Numbered from the stretch's first letter, positions 51,761-61,487 are shown. The stretch is 64,000 bases of DNA from an uncultured delta proteobacterium (GCA_963789265.1 CAWBKB010000006.1:352001-416000); one strand, 5' to 3'. Notes: generated by a model not told the origin, from the sequence alone. Numbers and translations are program-made.

Positions 51761-52150
51761 TCCAATCTATTCCGTGAAATGCTGCAAGCGAGCGCGGAGA
51801 TACTAAGTCCTAAGTCTTGAGGGTCAGGCCTATTTTCTCAGCATTGATTCGTTTCTGCAATTCTCCATTAGTATCACGCTGGCTCTATCACTTTAGTGAT
51901 GATACCAAGAAAGGCGTGTCGATTACCAAGGACGTCCCACAGCTAATCTCTAGCGCATCTGGCTCCAATGTCAACTTTATAAGCCCGATCCCGGATCCAT
52001 GGGGCCAAGGCCCGATCTTGAGATCTTTCTCGCAACCAAGAAAAGATGGGGAGCAGTTGTTATGGAATATGCTATAGTTGGAACTACAGAAGGCCCGGCA
52101 AGACATTGACAAGAATAATTATGCTTGAGCATCATCACAGAGGACTTTAA

Positions 52151-52375
52151 TTGGACCAAAACAACTTTTCGATCTTTGACCTGCCTCCCTCTGAAAAACT
52201 GCAGCTAGTGGAAGACTTGTGGAATGACCTGGCAGCCACTCCAGAAGCGGTGCCGGTGCATGACTGGCAGAAAGAAGAATTGGCCAGAAGAAAGGCCAAT
52301 CTGATGAAAAACCCCGCTGCGGGGCTCACGTGGGAACAAGTGAAGAGACGGGTCCGAAGTCCTTATGGCCGCTGA
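52151..52375 (+). CDS. Putative addiction module antitoxin (TIGR02574-like)
   Basis: LPPSEKLQLVEDLWNDL...WQKEELARR...TWEQVK. Confidence 0.85.
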   Translation: MDQNNFSIFDLPPSEKLQLVEDLWNDLAATPEAVPVHDWQKEELARRKANLMKNPAAGLTWEQVKRRVRSPYGR

Positions 52376-52473
52376 ATTGATGGCCGCACTTCCTTTTACC
52401 CCTGTCATAAAAGGCCATCCGGCCCATTCTTCCTAAGCGTGTAAAATTCCTGCAATCGGTGCATCTGCGTCCA

Positions 52474-54129
52474 TCAATGAACCACTAGCAGAGTAAAGGG
52501 ATATACATAAGCCTGAAGAAATACCAGGCAACCCACAAGCGTAGCCAGGGCAAGGCTGTGGAAGAAAACGTACCGCAGAATGTCCCCCTCGTGGCCGTAC
52601 CACTGGGTTGCAGTACTGGCCACCACGATGCTCTGAGCGTCAATCATCTTGCCCATGACACCGCCCGCACTGTTGGCAGAACACATCAGCGTCGGGCTTA
52701 TACCTATCTGCTGGGCGGAAATCCGCTGCAAACTACCAAAAAGCACGTTGGAAGATGTGTCCGAACCTGTGAGTGCGACTCCAAGCCATCCGAGCAAAGT
52801 CCCGAAGAAAGGATAGAGGTGACCGGTCATGGCAAAAGCTATGCCCATAGTGGCATCCAGCCCGGAATATCGAGTCACGAATCCGAGAGAAAGCATGGCT
52901 GATATTGTCAAGATGGAATACTTAATCATCTTGATCGTTTCCCAGTAGATTCTCACCATGTCGCGGACGGAATAGCCCATAACAAAACCCGATATTATCG
53001 CTGCCAAGAGGATGCCTGTGCCTGTGGCCGACAACCAGTTGAGAACGTAGACTGCCTTCTCGGCCACAGGCTTTGTAACCACGGGAGGCATGCGCATCAC
53101 CATGAGGTGCAGGTCGGGGACCAGGAACTTGGGCATGGAAATCGCGTTGAGAAAATGCTTGAACGGCCCCAGACCCCACAGGAAGACGAGAACACTGAGG
53201 ATAATCCACGGCGTCCAGGCCCGAATCACTTCTCCTCTGGTGTAATCGTGACTTGCTCGCGCTTCAGCGGTCGCATCATGCCCGTTCAGCCCCCAAATCT
53301 GTTTCGGATGCCACTTCATCAAGAATATCGTCACCGCAGCCAGCGATACCAATGAAGATATGATGTCCACCAGCGAAGGGCCATGGAAATTAGAAACCAG
53401 AAATTGAGGAACTGCGAAAAAAACTCCGGCCACCAATGTAGCCGGCCATACGCCGATTATCCCGCGGAATCCCGCGTAAGCCCACACAAGCCAGAACGGG
53501 ACGAGAAGGGAGAAGAAGGGGAGGATGCGCCCTACCATCGCGCTCAAATGCATTTCGTTCAATCCGCTGACCCCTGCCAAAGTAGTGACCGGGATGCCCA
53601 AGGCTCCAAAAGCTACGGGGGCTGTGTTTGCAATCAAGGAGAGCCCGGAAGCTTCAAGCGGCCCGAAACCTAAACCGATCAAAATTGCGGCAGTAACAGC
53701 CACCGGAGTGCCAAATCCGGCGGCCCCTTCGAAGAAGGCTCCAAAGGCAAAAGCGATGAGCACTAACTGCAACCTGCTGTCCTGCGTAACAGCGGTAAGG
53801 CTGGTCTGTAGGATCTCGAACTGGCCTTTCTCCTTCGTGAGCCGATAGAGGAAAATGACGTGCAGGATGATCCAGCATATAGGCATGAGGCCGAAGCACG
53901 CCCCATAGATTGCGGTGGCTGTTGCGAGTTTTCCGGGCATGTGAAACATAGCCGTTGCCACAGCCAAAGCCGTGGCAAGACCCAGGAGAGCGGCATAGTG
54001 GGCCTTGATTCTGAGAATCGCCAGTGTCCCCAACAGGACCACTACCGGCAAAGCGGCACACAGCGTCGAGAGCGCAATATTATTCAGTGGATTGTAAACT
54101 TGTTGCCAAGGCACCTCCAAACCTCCCAT
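52474..54129 (-). CDS. lctP: L-lactate permease family transporter
   Basis: FFEGAAGFGTP, ANTAPVAFG, LTGSDTSSNVLFG, GGVMGKMI. Confidence 0.93.
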   Translation of the reverse strand: MGGLEVPWQQVYNPLNNIALSTLCAALPVVVLLGTLAILRIKAHYAALLGLATALAVATAMFHMPGKLATATAIYGACFGLMPICWIILHVIFLYRLTKEKGQFEILQTSLTAVTQDSRLQLVLIAFAFGAFFEGAAGFGTPVAVTAAILIGLGFGPLEASGLSLIANTAPVAFGALGIPVTTLAGVSGLNEMHLSAMVGRILPFFSLLVPFWLVWAYAGFRGIIGVWPATLVAGVFFAVPQFLVSNFHGPSLVDIISSLVSLAAVTIFLMKWHPKQIWGLNGHDATAEARASHDYTRGEVIRAWTPWIILSVLVFLWGLGPFKHFLNAISMPKFLVPDLHLMVMRMPPVVTKPVAEKAVYVLNWLSATGTGILLAAIISGFVMGYSVRDMVRIYWETIKMIKYSILTISAMLSLGFVTRYSGLDATMGIAFAMTGHLYPFFGTLLGWLGVALTGSDTSSNVLFGSLQRISAQQIGISPTLMCSANSAGGVMGKMIDAQSIVVASTATQWYGHEGDILRYVFFHSLALATLVGCLVFLQAYVYPFTLLVVH

Positions 54130-54193
54130 CTTCAGTCAAAAATCCCCCCCTTTCCCCATGAGCGTTAAAATAGCCAGCCTCTCAGAATTTGAG

Positions 54194-54600
54194 AGCCCCA
54201 GCGGGGCTCAATGATAGTAGCCCGGCAATTCAGAAACTGTCTCAAAACTATGTTGATGCCGAGCATCGTGCCACGATGGCTGCCCGGCACTAAAGTACCG
54301 GTCTACTCTCAATCGCCCCGATGGGGCTCAAATACAAACGTCCCGGAGGGACTAGTGATAGTAGCCCGGTAATTCATTGCCGGGAATAGGGAGCATTCGT
54401 GTTACGATTTCGTTCGGTTCCAGGGTTTTGAGACACTTTCTTCATTGCCGGGGGACCGGTGAGCGATGATCCAGTTCTTCGTTCCCAGGGCGCCGGAGGT
54501 AAAAATGCTTCGGGCGCCCTGGGGACGAACAGGCTCTCTTGGCCGCTTGTTCCCGGCGATCCCGCGTTCCGCGGGACTATCGGGATGTCCCTCCGGGACA
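54194..54600. repeat. REP cluster interrupted by a MITE; distal arm carries the mini-hairpin
   Basis: GATAGTAGCCCGGCAATTCA|TTGCCGGG ... CCCGGCG[ATCCCGCGTTCCGCGGGA]CTATC...GTCCCTCCGGGAC. Confidence 0.8.
54233..54440. mobile_element. IS1182-type MITE copy 3 (208 bp, inverted relative to copies 1 and 2)
   Basis: GAAACTGTCTCAAAA/TTTTGAGACACTTTC ends; TTCA 4-bp duplication; REP cargo. Confidence 0.88.
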
Positions 54601-54654
54601 GCAACGCCTCAGCAATCAATCAACCTTATTTTAACGGCTATGCCCCTTTCCCCG

Positions 54655-55974
54655 TTAATGTTGAATCCCGCGTTCCAGTGAAAGATTAATAATCTCGCAT
54701 GTATGAGACACACTCCAGCTACGGCCCCACTTTTTCCGGGCGTACTGGAGTTGCATTAAGCAACCGGGGTTGGAAGTAATGACCCTTTCGGCCCCCGTTT
54801 TGTCGATCGCTGCGACCTTGGCCTCAAGGATCTTCATGGCTCGTTCACGGTGGGTAATATTGTAGATTCCGGCCGAACCGCAGCATTGTCCTTCATCAAG
54901 GATGTCTTTCAGCGTGAGGCCGGGTATCAGGCCCAGCACGTCGCGCTGCGGAGTGATGAGCCTTTGCCCGTGGCGTAGGTGACAGGGATCATGAAAACAA
55001 ACTGTCTCGGGGATTGCACCAAGTTTGATGTAGTCCTTCAGCGCAGGAGCCAGGAATTCGGATATGTCCCGAACCTTTGCGGAAAATGCCTCAGCCTTCT
55101 CGGCCATGCGGGCACGCTGGCCAAGGGTTTCGCGGTAGGCTTTCAATTCGGATCCGCACGCGGCGCAGTCCGTGACAATCGCTTCCACTCTTTTTTCTTC
55201 GAACAGGTTTACATTGTGTTCGGCCATTTCGCGGTAAATTTTTCGCTCGCCTTCAGCGATGTTGGGTGTACCGCAACACTGCTGGTTTTTCGGAACAACG
55301 ACCGTGTACCCCGCTCGAGTGAGAATGTTTATTGTGGCTCGACTCACTTCTCCGAAGATGAGGTTCATTGCGCAGCCCAAGAAAAAGCCCACTCGGCCCC
55401 TTTCCTTTCCAACCGCGGGGATTTCTTCGGGCAGAGTATGGCTTAACGGCCGCACAGGAAGAGGCGGCAGCAAGGATTCCATAAATTCCAAATCAGGTGA
55501 GATGAGGCGCAAAATGTGGGATTTCTCAATTAGCCGTTGAAGCCCCGAATACTGGTACACGCGTAGAGGCGTTAAAAGATGCGAGAGCTTTTCCTGATCA
55601 CGAATGGCATGATGGAGGACAAATCGCTTCAATAGAGGCTGCGCGGTATTCTCCTCAATCCGATGCCGCGCCTCAAGGACTAATTCGCCCACTTTGACTC
55701 CCGCGGGGCAAACGGTTTGGCAATTGCGGCAGTCCAGGCAATGGTACATGTGGCCCACAAATTCTTCCGAAGCCGACAATCGTCCGTCAATGACTGCCTT
55801 GATCATAGCCACGCGGCCTCGGGGAGACTGGGTCTCTATACCGTCGGTGCGATAGGTCGGGCAGGTAGGGAGGCAGGTTCCGCACCTCATACACTGGAGG
55901 ACATCGCCGTAATCGTGAATATCCAAAGTAGCCAAAGCCTTGGCAATCTTCTCTGAATCGACGTGCTTGCCCAT
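54655..55974 (-). CDS. glcF: GlcF-like Fe-S subunit (2x[4Fe-4S] plus CCG domains)
   Basis: CMRCGTCLPTCPTY, SPRGR, QQCCG, FHDPCHL, CCGSAGIYN, NPGC. Confidence 0.85.
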   Translation of the reverse strand: MGKHVDSEKIAKALATLDIHDYGDVLQCMRCGTCLPTCPTYRTDGIETQSPRGRVAMIKAVIDGRLSASEEFVGHMYHCLDCRNCQTVCPAGVKVGELVLEARHRIEENTAQPLLKRFVLHHAIRDQEKLSHLLTPLRVYQYSGLQRLIEKSHILRLISPDLEFMESLLPPLPVRPLSHTLPEEIPAVGKERGRVGFFLGCAMNLIFGEVSRATINILTRAGYTVVVPKNQQCCGTPNIAEGERKIYREMAEHNVNLFEEKRVEAIVTDCAACGSELKAYRETLGQRARMAEKAEAFSAKVRDISEFLAPALKDYIKLGAIPETVCFHDPCHLRHGQRLITPQRDVLGLIPGLTLKDILDEGQCCGSAGIYNITHRERAMKILEAKVAAIDKTGAERVITSNPGCLMQLQYARKKWGRSWSVSHTCEIINLSLERGIQH

Positions 55975-55979
55975 AGAAG

Positions 55980-57368
55980 CTATTCTGTATTCTCCAGAAA
56001 TATTTTTCCCGGATTGAGACGGCCTTCAGGGTCGAAGGCCCGTTTGATCTTTCTCATAACCTCAATGGCCTTCGGGCCTACCATTTGAGGCAGATATTTG
56101 GATTTCGTGATTCCCGTGCCATGCTCGCCCGAGATGGTACCGCCGAGGCTGATGGCCTTTTTGAAAATTTCGTCATAAGCGGCTTCCACTCGATGAATTT
56201 CTTCGGTATCTCGTTCGTCGGTCAGACAAGTTGGGTGGAGATTGCCGTCACCCGCGTGCCCGAATGTCCCGATCTTTATTGAATATCTTTTGGCGGCTTC
56301 CTGGATGGCAGCCATCATCTCCGGGATAGCCGGCCGAGGCACCGTCACATCTTCGAGTATCGTGGTCGGCCTGACTCGCGCCAGAGCTGTGAGAGCATTC
56401 CGTCGAGCGGTGAACAGCTCTTCCGATTCTTTCAGGTCCTTGGCCACCCGCAATGTCCGGGCCCGGTTGGCTCGACAAGCTTCTTCAATGCCCGCGGCTT
56501 CCTCTCCAACAACCTCCGGGTGTCCGTCCGCCTCGATCAGAAGCAGTGCGGCCACATCGCGTGGCAGGCCGATCATGACGTGATCTTCCACGCAGTTAAT
56601 AGTCATCGAGTCCATCAGTTCCAGGGTAGAGGGAATGATCTTGCGTGAGATTATTGTGGAAACTGTGCGTGCAGCATCTATTATATCGTCGTACAGAGCA
56701 AGAAAGGTTTTCCTGGCCCGCGGCTTGGGAATGAGCTTTAGCGTTATCTTTGAGAAGATTCCGATTGTTCCTTCGGAACCCGTCAAGAATTTGGTGAGGT
56801 TGTACCCCGCCACGTCTTTCACGCACTTGGTTCCATAATGGACCTTGGACCCATCAATCAGCCACGTGTCAAGGGCAAGCACATAGTCGCCGGTGATCCC
56901 GTACTTCAGTCCTCGCAAACCTCCGGCATTTTCTGCCACGTTCCCGCCGATGGTACAAACCTTCATGCTTCCCGGATCGGGTGGATAGAACAGGTTTTGG
57001 GCTTCAACGGCAGCATGAAGATCCGCGGTAATCACCCCCGGTTCTACGGTCACTGAGAGGTCATTCGACTCGATCTCGATGATGCGGTTCATGGCAGTAG
57101 TGGCAATGACAATCCCGCCCTTCACCGGGACGGAACCGCCGCTCAGACCTGTACCGCTCCCCCTGGTGGTGACCGGCAGTCCTTCCCGTGCAGCGAATTC
57201 CAAGGTCAAACCGATATCTTCTTCTGTGATAACGCGGACAACCGCGTCAGGCTTGTGAGAAACAAGAGGAGCGGCGTCGTACGAGTAGCAAAGCAGCTCT
57301 GCCTCAGAGGACAGGACCTTGCTTTTGCCGAGCAGGCGTTCCAATTCGTTCACAAATGGTTTACGCAT
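55980..57368 (-). CDS. glcD: GlcD/LctD-like FAD-linked 2-hydroxyacid dehydrogenase
   Basis: RGSGTGLSGG, YPPDPGS, GSEGT, GHAGDGNLHP, SGEHGTG, LNPGKI. Confidence 0.88.
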   Translation of the reverse strand: MRKPFVNELERLLGKSKVLSSEAELLCYSYDAAPLVSHKPDAVVRVITEEDIGLTLEFAAREGLPVTTRGSGTGLSGGSVPVKGGIVIATTAMNRIIEIESNDLSVTVEPGVITADLHAAVEAQNLFYPPDPGSMKVCTIGGNVAENAGGLRGLKYGITGDYVLALDTWLIDGSKVHYGTKCVKDVAGYNLTKFLTGSEGTIGIFSKITLKLIPKPRARKTFLALYDDIIDAARTVSTIISRKIIPSTLELMDSMTINCVEDHVMIGLPRDVAALLLIEADGHPEVVGEEAAGIEEACRANRARTLRVAKDLKESEELFTARRNALTALARVRPTTILEDVTVPRPAIPEMMAAIQEAAKRYSIKIGTFGHAGDGNLHPTCLTDERDTEEIHRVEAAYDEIFKKAISLGGTISGEHGTGITKSKYLPQMVGPKAIEVMRKIKRAFDPEGRLNPGKIFLENTE

Positions 57369-57395
57369 CTTAAGGGCTGTTCGGCCGAGGCAACA

Positions 57396-57809
57396 TTACG
57401 CGGCCGTCAGTTCGTATGTCAGGCGGTCATCTTCAAGGTTGGTCACACGTATCTTCACTTTCATGCCTGCTTTGATTGCATCGTCAGGAAGAGAGCGGTC
57501 CATTCGGCCAAAGACCTTAATGCCGTCCGCGAATTCCGCGACTGCCAGCACGTACGGGACATCCTTTTCAAAGCCCGCAGGCGCATACATCGCCTTTGTG
57601 TACGTCAGGACAGTTCCCTCGCCCGCAACAGGGAACCATTCCATATCATCGCTGAGACAAACGTCGCAGTCACTGCGTGGCGGAAAGAATTTGGCTCCGC
57701 ATCGCATGCACAAGGTGCCGGACAACTCGTTATTCTTCAGCAGATCCACAAATTGTTCAGTCTTCGTCACACCGGTGAAACTTATGATGCCGAACTGTTC
57801 AAATCCCAT
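57396..57809 (-). CDS. DUF35 Zn-ribbon/OB-fold protein
   Basis: CMRCG...FPPR..CDVC; PYVLAVAE; GGAGG RBS. Confidence 0.9.
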   Translation of the reverse strand: MGFEQFGIISFTGVTKTEQFVDLLKNNELSGTLCMRCGAKFFPPRSDCDVCLSDDMEWFPVAGEGTVLTYTKAMYAPAGFEKDVPYVLAVAEFADGIKVFGRMDRSLPDDAIKAGMKVKIRVTNLEDDRLTYELTAA

Positions 57810-57831
57810 GTCAATCCTCCAGAAAAGGCGT

Positions 57832-57970
57832 TTACCGCGGAGAGCGCAGAGACCGCGGAGAAATAAGTGTTCTTTATTTCTGTGGCAGGTGAGATATATG
57901 TCTGTACGACTCACCTTGTCATGTCCAAAGCATTTATCTCTCTGCGATCTCTGTGAACTCTGCGGTGAAT
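57832..57970. repeat. CCGCGGAGAGCGCAGAG...CTCTGCGGT palindromic element
   Basis: Related to the cargo at 61286-61480 and to 19288/19440. Confidence 0.75.
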
Positions 57971-57973
57971 TTC

Positions 57974-59128
57974 TTACTCCGCCCCGAATATGCTCACATT
58001 GCCATAGATGCCTACGCCGCCTATGTTATGGACCAGCCCGATTTTCGCGTCCGGCACCTGCATATCCCCTGCCTCGCCTCGCAACTGCAAGATAATGGTA
58101 CGGATTTGCGAGCCTCCGGTGGCTCCGATGGGATGCCCCTTGGAGAGCAATCCTCCATCTACGTTGACCGGAATATTGCCTTCCTTATAGGTCTCTTTGT
58201 TTCGAATAAGCTCTTTCCCTCGGCCCGGCTCTGCGAATCCCAGGTCTTCGTACGCCATCATCTCTGCGATTGTGAAGCAATCGTGGACTTCGGCTACGTC
58301 CACGTCTTTTGCTGTTATGCCCGCCATTTCGTAAGCTCGCTTTGCTGCCAGTTGCGCACACTTCAGTCCGCTAAAGGTATCTCTACCGGCCATGTTTATC
58401 GGAGCCGTAGCCATGCCGAGCCCTTTTATCCAAATCGGTTTTTTGCAAAGGGCCTTCGCCCTTTCTTCGGAGGCAAGGATGACGCACGATGAGCCGTCCG
58501 CGTTCGCGCAACAATCGTACATCTTGAGAGGCGTGGCGATATACTTCGGCTCAAGCACTTTGTCCAGCGTCAAAGATTTGCGGAAGACCGCTTTCTCGTT
58601 GATCTGCCCGTAAGTTGAGGACTTGACGCGAATGAGGGCCAGGTCTTCCTCGGAAGTGCCGTACTTCTCGAAATGCCCGCGGGCGTACATTGCGTAGTAA
58701 GCCGGCATCATGGTTCCAAAAGGAGCTTCCCACTGAATATCCGCGCCGCGTCCCATTCTCTCTTGAGATTCCGCAGAAGAGATTTCGGACATCTTCTGGA
58801 AGCCCAGCACGAGCACAACGTCGTGAAGGCCGGACGCGATAAGTGCGTACGCGGTTCTGAGGCCACTGGAACTGGATGAGCACACGCTTTCTACATAGAA
58901 GGTGGGCTGGGGATTGAGCCCCAGGTACTCTGCCATAAGTCCTGCCGGCGTCCGCTGTTTGTCGTATTCAGGAGCCGAACAGATTACCGATGCGTCGATC
59001 TGTTCCGATTTGAGGCCCGCGTCTTGCATGGCGTCTCGGTAGGCTTCAAAAGCCAGTTCTCGGATCGAACCCGGGTAGGCCCGCACAAAAGCACTTTGGC
59101 CGACGCCGATTACCGCAACCTTTGCCAT
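57974..59128 (-). CDS. SCP2/archaeal-type thiolase
   Basis: VESVCSSS, EVHDCF, GGLLSKGHPIGATG, HNIGG. Confidence 0.92.
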   Translation of the reverse strand: MAKVAVIGVGQSAFVRAYPGSIRELAFEAYRDAMQDAGLKSEQIDASVICSAPEYDKQRTPAGLMAEYLGLNPQPTFYVESVCSSSSSGLRTAYALIASGLHDVVLVLGFQKMSEISSAESQERMGRGADIQWEAPFGTMMPAYYAMYARGHFEKYGTSEEDLALIRVKSSTYGQINEKAVFRKSLTLDKVLEPKYIATPLKMYDCCANADGSSCVILASEERAKALCKKPIWIKGLGMATAPINMAGRDTFSGLKCAQLAAKRAYEMAGITAKDVDVAEVHDCFTIAEMMAYEDLGFAEPGRGKELIRNKETYKEGNIPVNVDGGLLSKGHPIGATGGSQIRTIILQLRGEAGDMQVPDAKIGLVHNIGGVGIYGNVSIFGAE

Positions 59129-59419
59129 GTACTCCTCCTTATATTGAGATTGGAAACTTCGATAATTTGGAAGGTGTCAAATGATACCATGCGGCCGGGT
59201 TCGAGATCAACAGGCTCTCTGAGGACACGGAGATGAACTACGTACGCTCCTGTCGAGTTGACCCCAAGGCACGAGTCTGGTACAAATTGAATGAGCCCAG
59301 CCTTTAAAGGCTATAATCAGAGGGCGCAGCAAGACAAGTGCTGTTGCCTTTTTTCGCTTGTGCTGTGGATGTTGTTCACGGGATGCCATAAACTTTTACC
59401 AAACGAGAAGGAATAAGTG

Positions 59420-59896
59420 ATGAGCTTGGCCAAGCGTCCGATAACCTCTGAAGGACACAAGAAACTAAGAGAGGAACTCGACCGATTGATCCGCGTAGAG
59501 CGACCGGCGGTGATAAAGGAGATCGAAATAGCCTTGGGCCATGGAGATCTCTCAGAGAATGCGGAATACACGTACGGCAAAGAAAAACAGGCCCTCATTG
59601 AAACGCGTATCCGGAGCCTTCAGGATCGGCTTGCCGCTTGCGAAATAATAGATATTGAGAATCGCCCCCCGACGAACCGAATCGTATTCGGATGTTCCGT
59701 CACGATTGAGGATTTAGATACCAGTGAACAGAAGGTTTACCAGCTTCTTGGGCAGGACGAGGCCGACATAAGACGCGGGGTCATATCAGTCGATTCCCCG
59801 CTGGGGCGAGCCCTCATCGGCAAAGAGGTCGACGACGTTGTGGAGGTGAAAACTCCCAACGGCCTTCGAGAGTTCGAAGTCCTTGAGATCTCCTGA
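59420..59896 (+). CDS. greA: Transcription elongation factor GreA
   Basis: HGDLSENAEY, ISVDSPLGRALIGK. Confidence 0.95.
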   Translation: MSLAKRPITSEGHKKLREELDRLIRVERPAVIKEIEIALGHGDLSENAEYTYGKEKQALIETRIRSLQDRLAACEIIDIENRPPTNRIVFGCSVTIEDLDTSEQKVYQLLGQDEADIRRGVISVDSPLGRALIGKEVDDVVEVKTPNGLREFEVLEIS

Positions 59897-59939
59897 AACA
59901 AGCGATTTATAATTGCTCATGAGTTGGTCAGAGGCGGAT

Positions 59940-61259
59940 ATGCACGACAAAACTGCACCGCAATCGGCCGCGTCCTACCCCGGAGTTCTCATATTGTGCG
60001 ATTTTGACGGCACTGTGTCAACGAAGGACACTGTGAATCGTCTGGTGAGAGAACACGCGACGTCGCCGGAATGGCGCTATTACGTGAAGCGGTATATGCT
60101 CGGAGAAATAGGCTCCCGGGAAGTATACGAAGGCATCGCGCCCCTAATGAGGATGACTCGTGAGGACCTGGAAATGTTCGTCCGCAACCACGCGGCACTG
60201 GATCCGAGTTTTCCCCAATTCCTGGCATGGGCCAAGAGACGAGGAATCGACGTCAAAATTGTCTCCGACGGATTCGATGCCACAATAGAAAGATTGTTTC
60301 ACAACCACGGAATCTCGGGGCTGGAAATCTTCGCCAACACCCTAACCTTCGGAGACGACGGCAGAGTCTCAATGGCTAGCCCGCATTCCAATCCTGCATG
60401 CGGAACCTGTGGCACGTGCAAGTTGAGCATTTTGCGAAAGTTTCGGCCTTATTATGACAAGATCGTTTTGATCGGGGACGGGGAGTCCGACCGCCACGTC
60501 GCAGGTGAAGCCGATGTGGTATTGGCGCTAAACGAGCTTTTTGTATATTGCGCCCGGCATCGCATTCCATCGGTGCGTGTAAGCGGCTTTCAGGAAATTC
60601 CTCAATTACTCACAAGGGGCATCGCGGCCGTGGCATTCGACATGGACGGTACTTTGATCGATTCGCTTGACACCATTACAGACGCGTTTAATCACATGTT
60701 TAAGACGCTCGGTTACCCGTCGATGACCACAGCAGAAGTGGTCCGAACCACTTCAATCTCACTAAAGGATTTTACCGAGACTTACCTCAAACCAGAGGAA
60801 ACGGAAACAGGCATTCGAATCTTTCGAGAATACTACGACGGCATTTTCCTTGAGAAAACGACGATGATTCCGGGGGTAATGGAAACGCTCGCAGCACTTG
60901 ACGGGACAATACTCAAGGGGATCGTCACCAACAAGCGTGGCAATTACGCCCTAAAGCTCGCGGAGCATTTTGGATTCGCTCAAAACATGGCTCGCATCAT
61001 AGGCGCTGAAGACGGCTTCAAGGCTAAGCCGGCTGGAGAAATGTGCGAGGAATTTATCCGCTCGGTGGGGGCCTCCAAAGATAATACGGTCTATGTTGGG
61101 GATGCTCCAATTGATATTCAGGCAGCGAAAAACGCGGGCATAGATGCCTTTGCCGTGGCAAATCCCCTTTTCTCTGCGGAAGATCTGGCACTTTGTGCTC
61201 CCCGTAGAGTATTGAATGATATAACCGAGTTGCCTGCAGCGCTCCGGCCTCTGATATAA
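59940..61259 (+). CDS. Fused MtnX-like HAD-IB phosphatase and Gph-like HAD-IA hydrolase
   Basis: CDFDGTV...VSDGF...IGDGESD, then FDMDGTLIDS...VTNK...KP...VGDAPID. Confidence 0.85.
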   Translation: MHDKTAPQSAASYPGVLILCDFDGTVSTKDTVNRLVREHATSPEWRYYVKRYMLGEIGSREVYEGIAPLMRMTREDLEMFVRNHAALDPSFPQFLAWAKRRGIDVKIVSDGFDATIERLFHNHGISGLEIFANTLTFGDDGRVSMASPHSNPACGTCGTCKLSILRKFRPYYDKIVLIGDGESDRHVAGEADVVLALNELFVYCARHRIPSVRVSGFQEIPQLLTRGIAAVAFDMDGTLIDSLDTITDAFNHMFKTLGYPSMTTAEVVRTTSISLKDFTETYLKPEETETGIRIFREYYDGIFLEKTTMIPGVMETLAALDGTILKGIVTNKRGNYALKLAEHFGFAQNMARIIGAEDGFKAKPAGEMCEEFIRSVGASKDNTVYVGDAPIDIQAAKNAGIDAFAVANPLFSAEDLALCAPRRVLNDITELPAALRPLI

Positions 61260-61260
61260 G

Positions 61261-61487
61261 GTAACCGTTCAGCGGACTTCAAGATTCACCGCAGAGTCCG
61301 CAGAGAACGCAGAGATAAAGGATAGTTTATTCAATTCCACGTCAATCACCGCGTGTACAGTCAGGTCGGCATTGTCCTTCCCGCGTCGTGGGATCACATA
61401 CCGGAACCTGCTGTACACAATTCGCATAAGCGTTCGGAGAAAATAGAATTCTCCGCGGTCTCTGCGCTCTCCGCGGTGAACGATTAC
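61261..61487. mobile_element. MITE with IS66-like ends
   Basis: GTAACCGTTCA...TGAACGATTAC; perfect 8-bp duplication GATATAAG. Confidence 0.8.

Noticed and set aside
54665..54676. ATCCCGCGTTCC inside the 3' end of glcF as another mini-hairpin copy
   Set aside because: Only a half-site; it encodes normal in-frame residues and is likely chance.
57396..59128. phlBC (DAPG) or mevalonate operon
   Set aside because: No phlA/HMG-CoA synthase or phlD nearby; greA is the divergent upstream neighbour.
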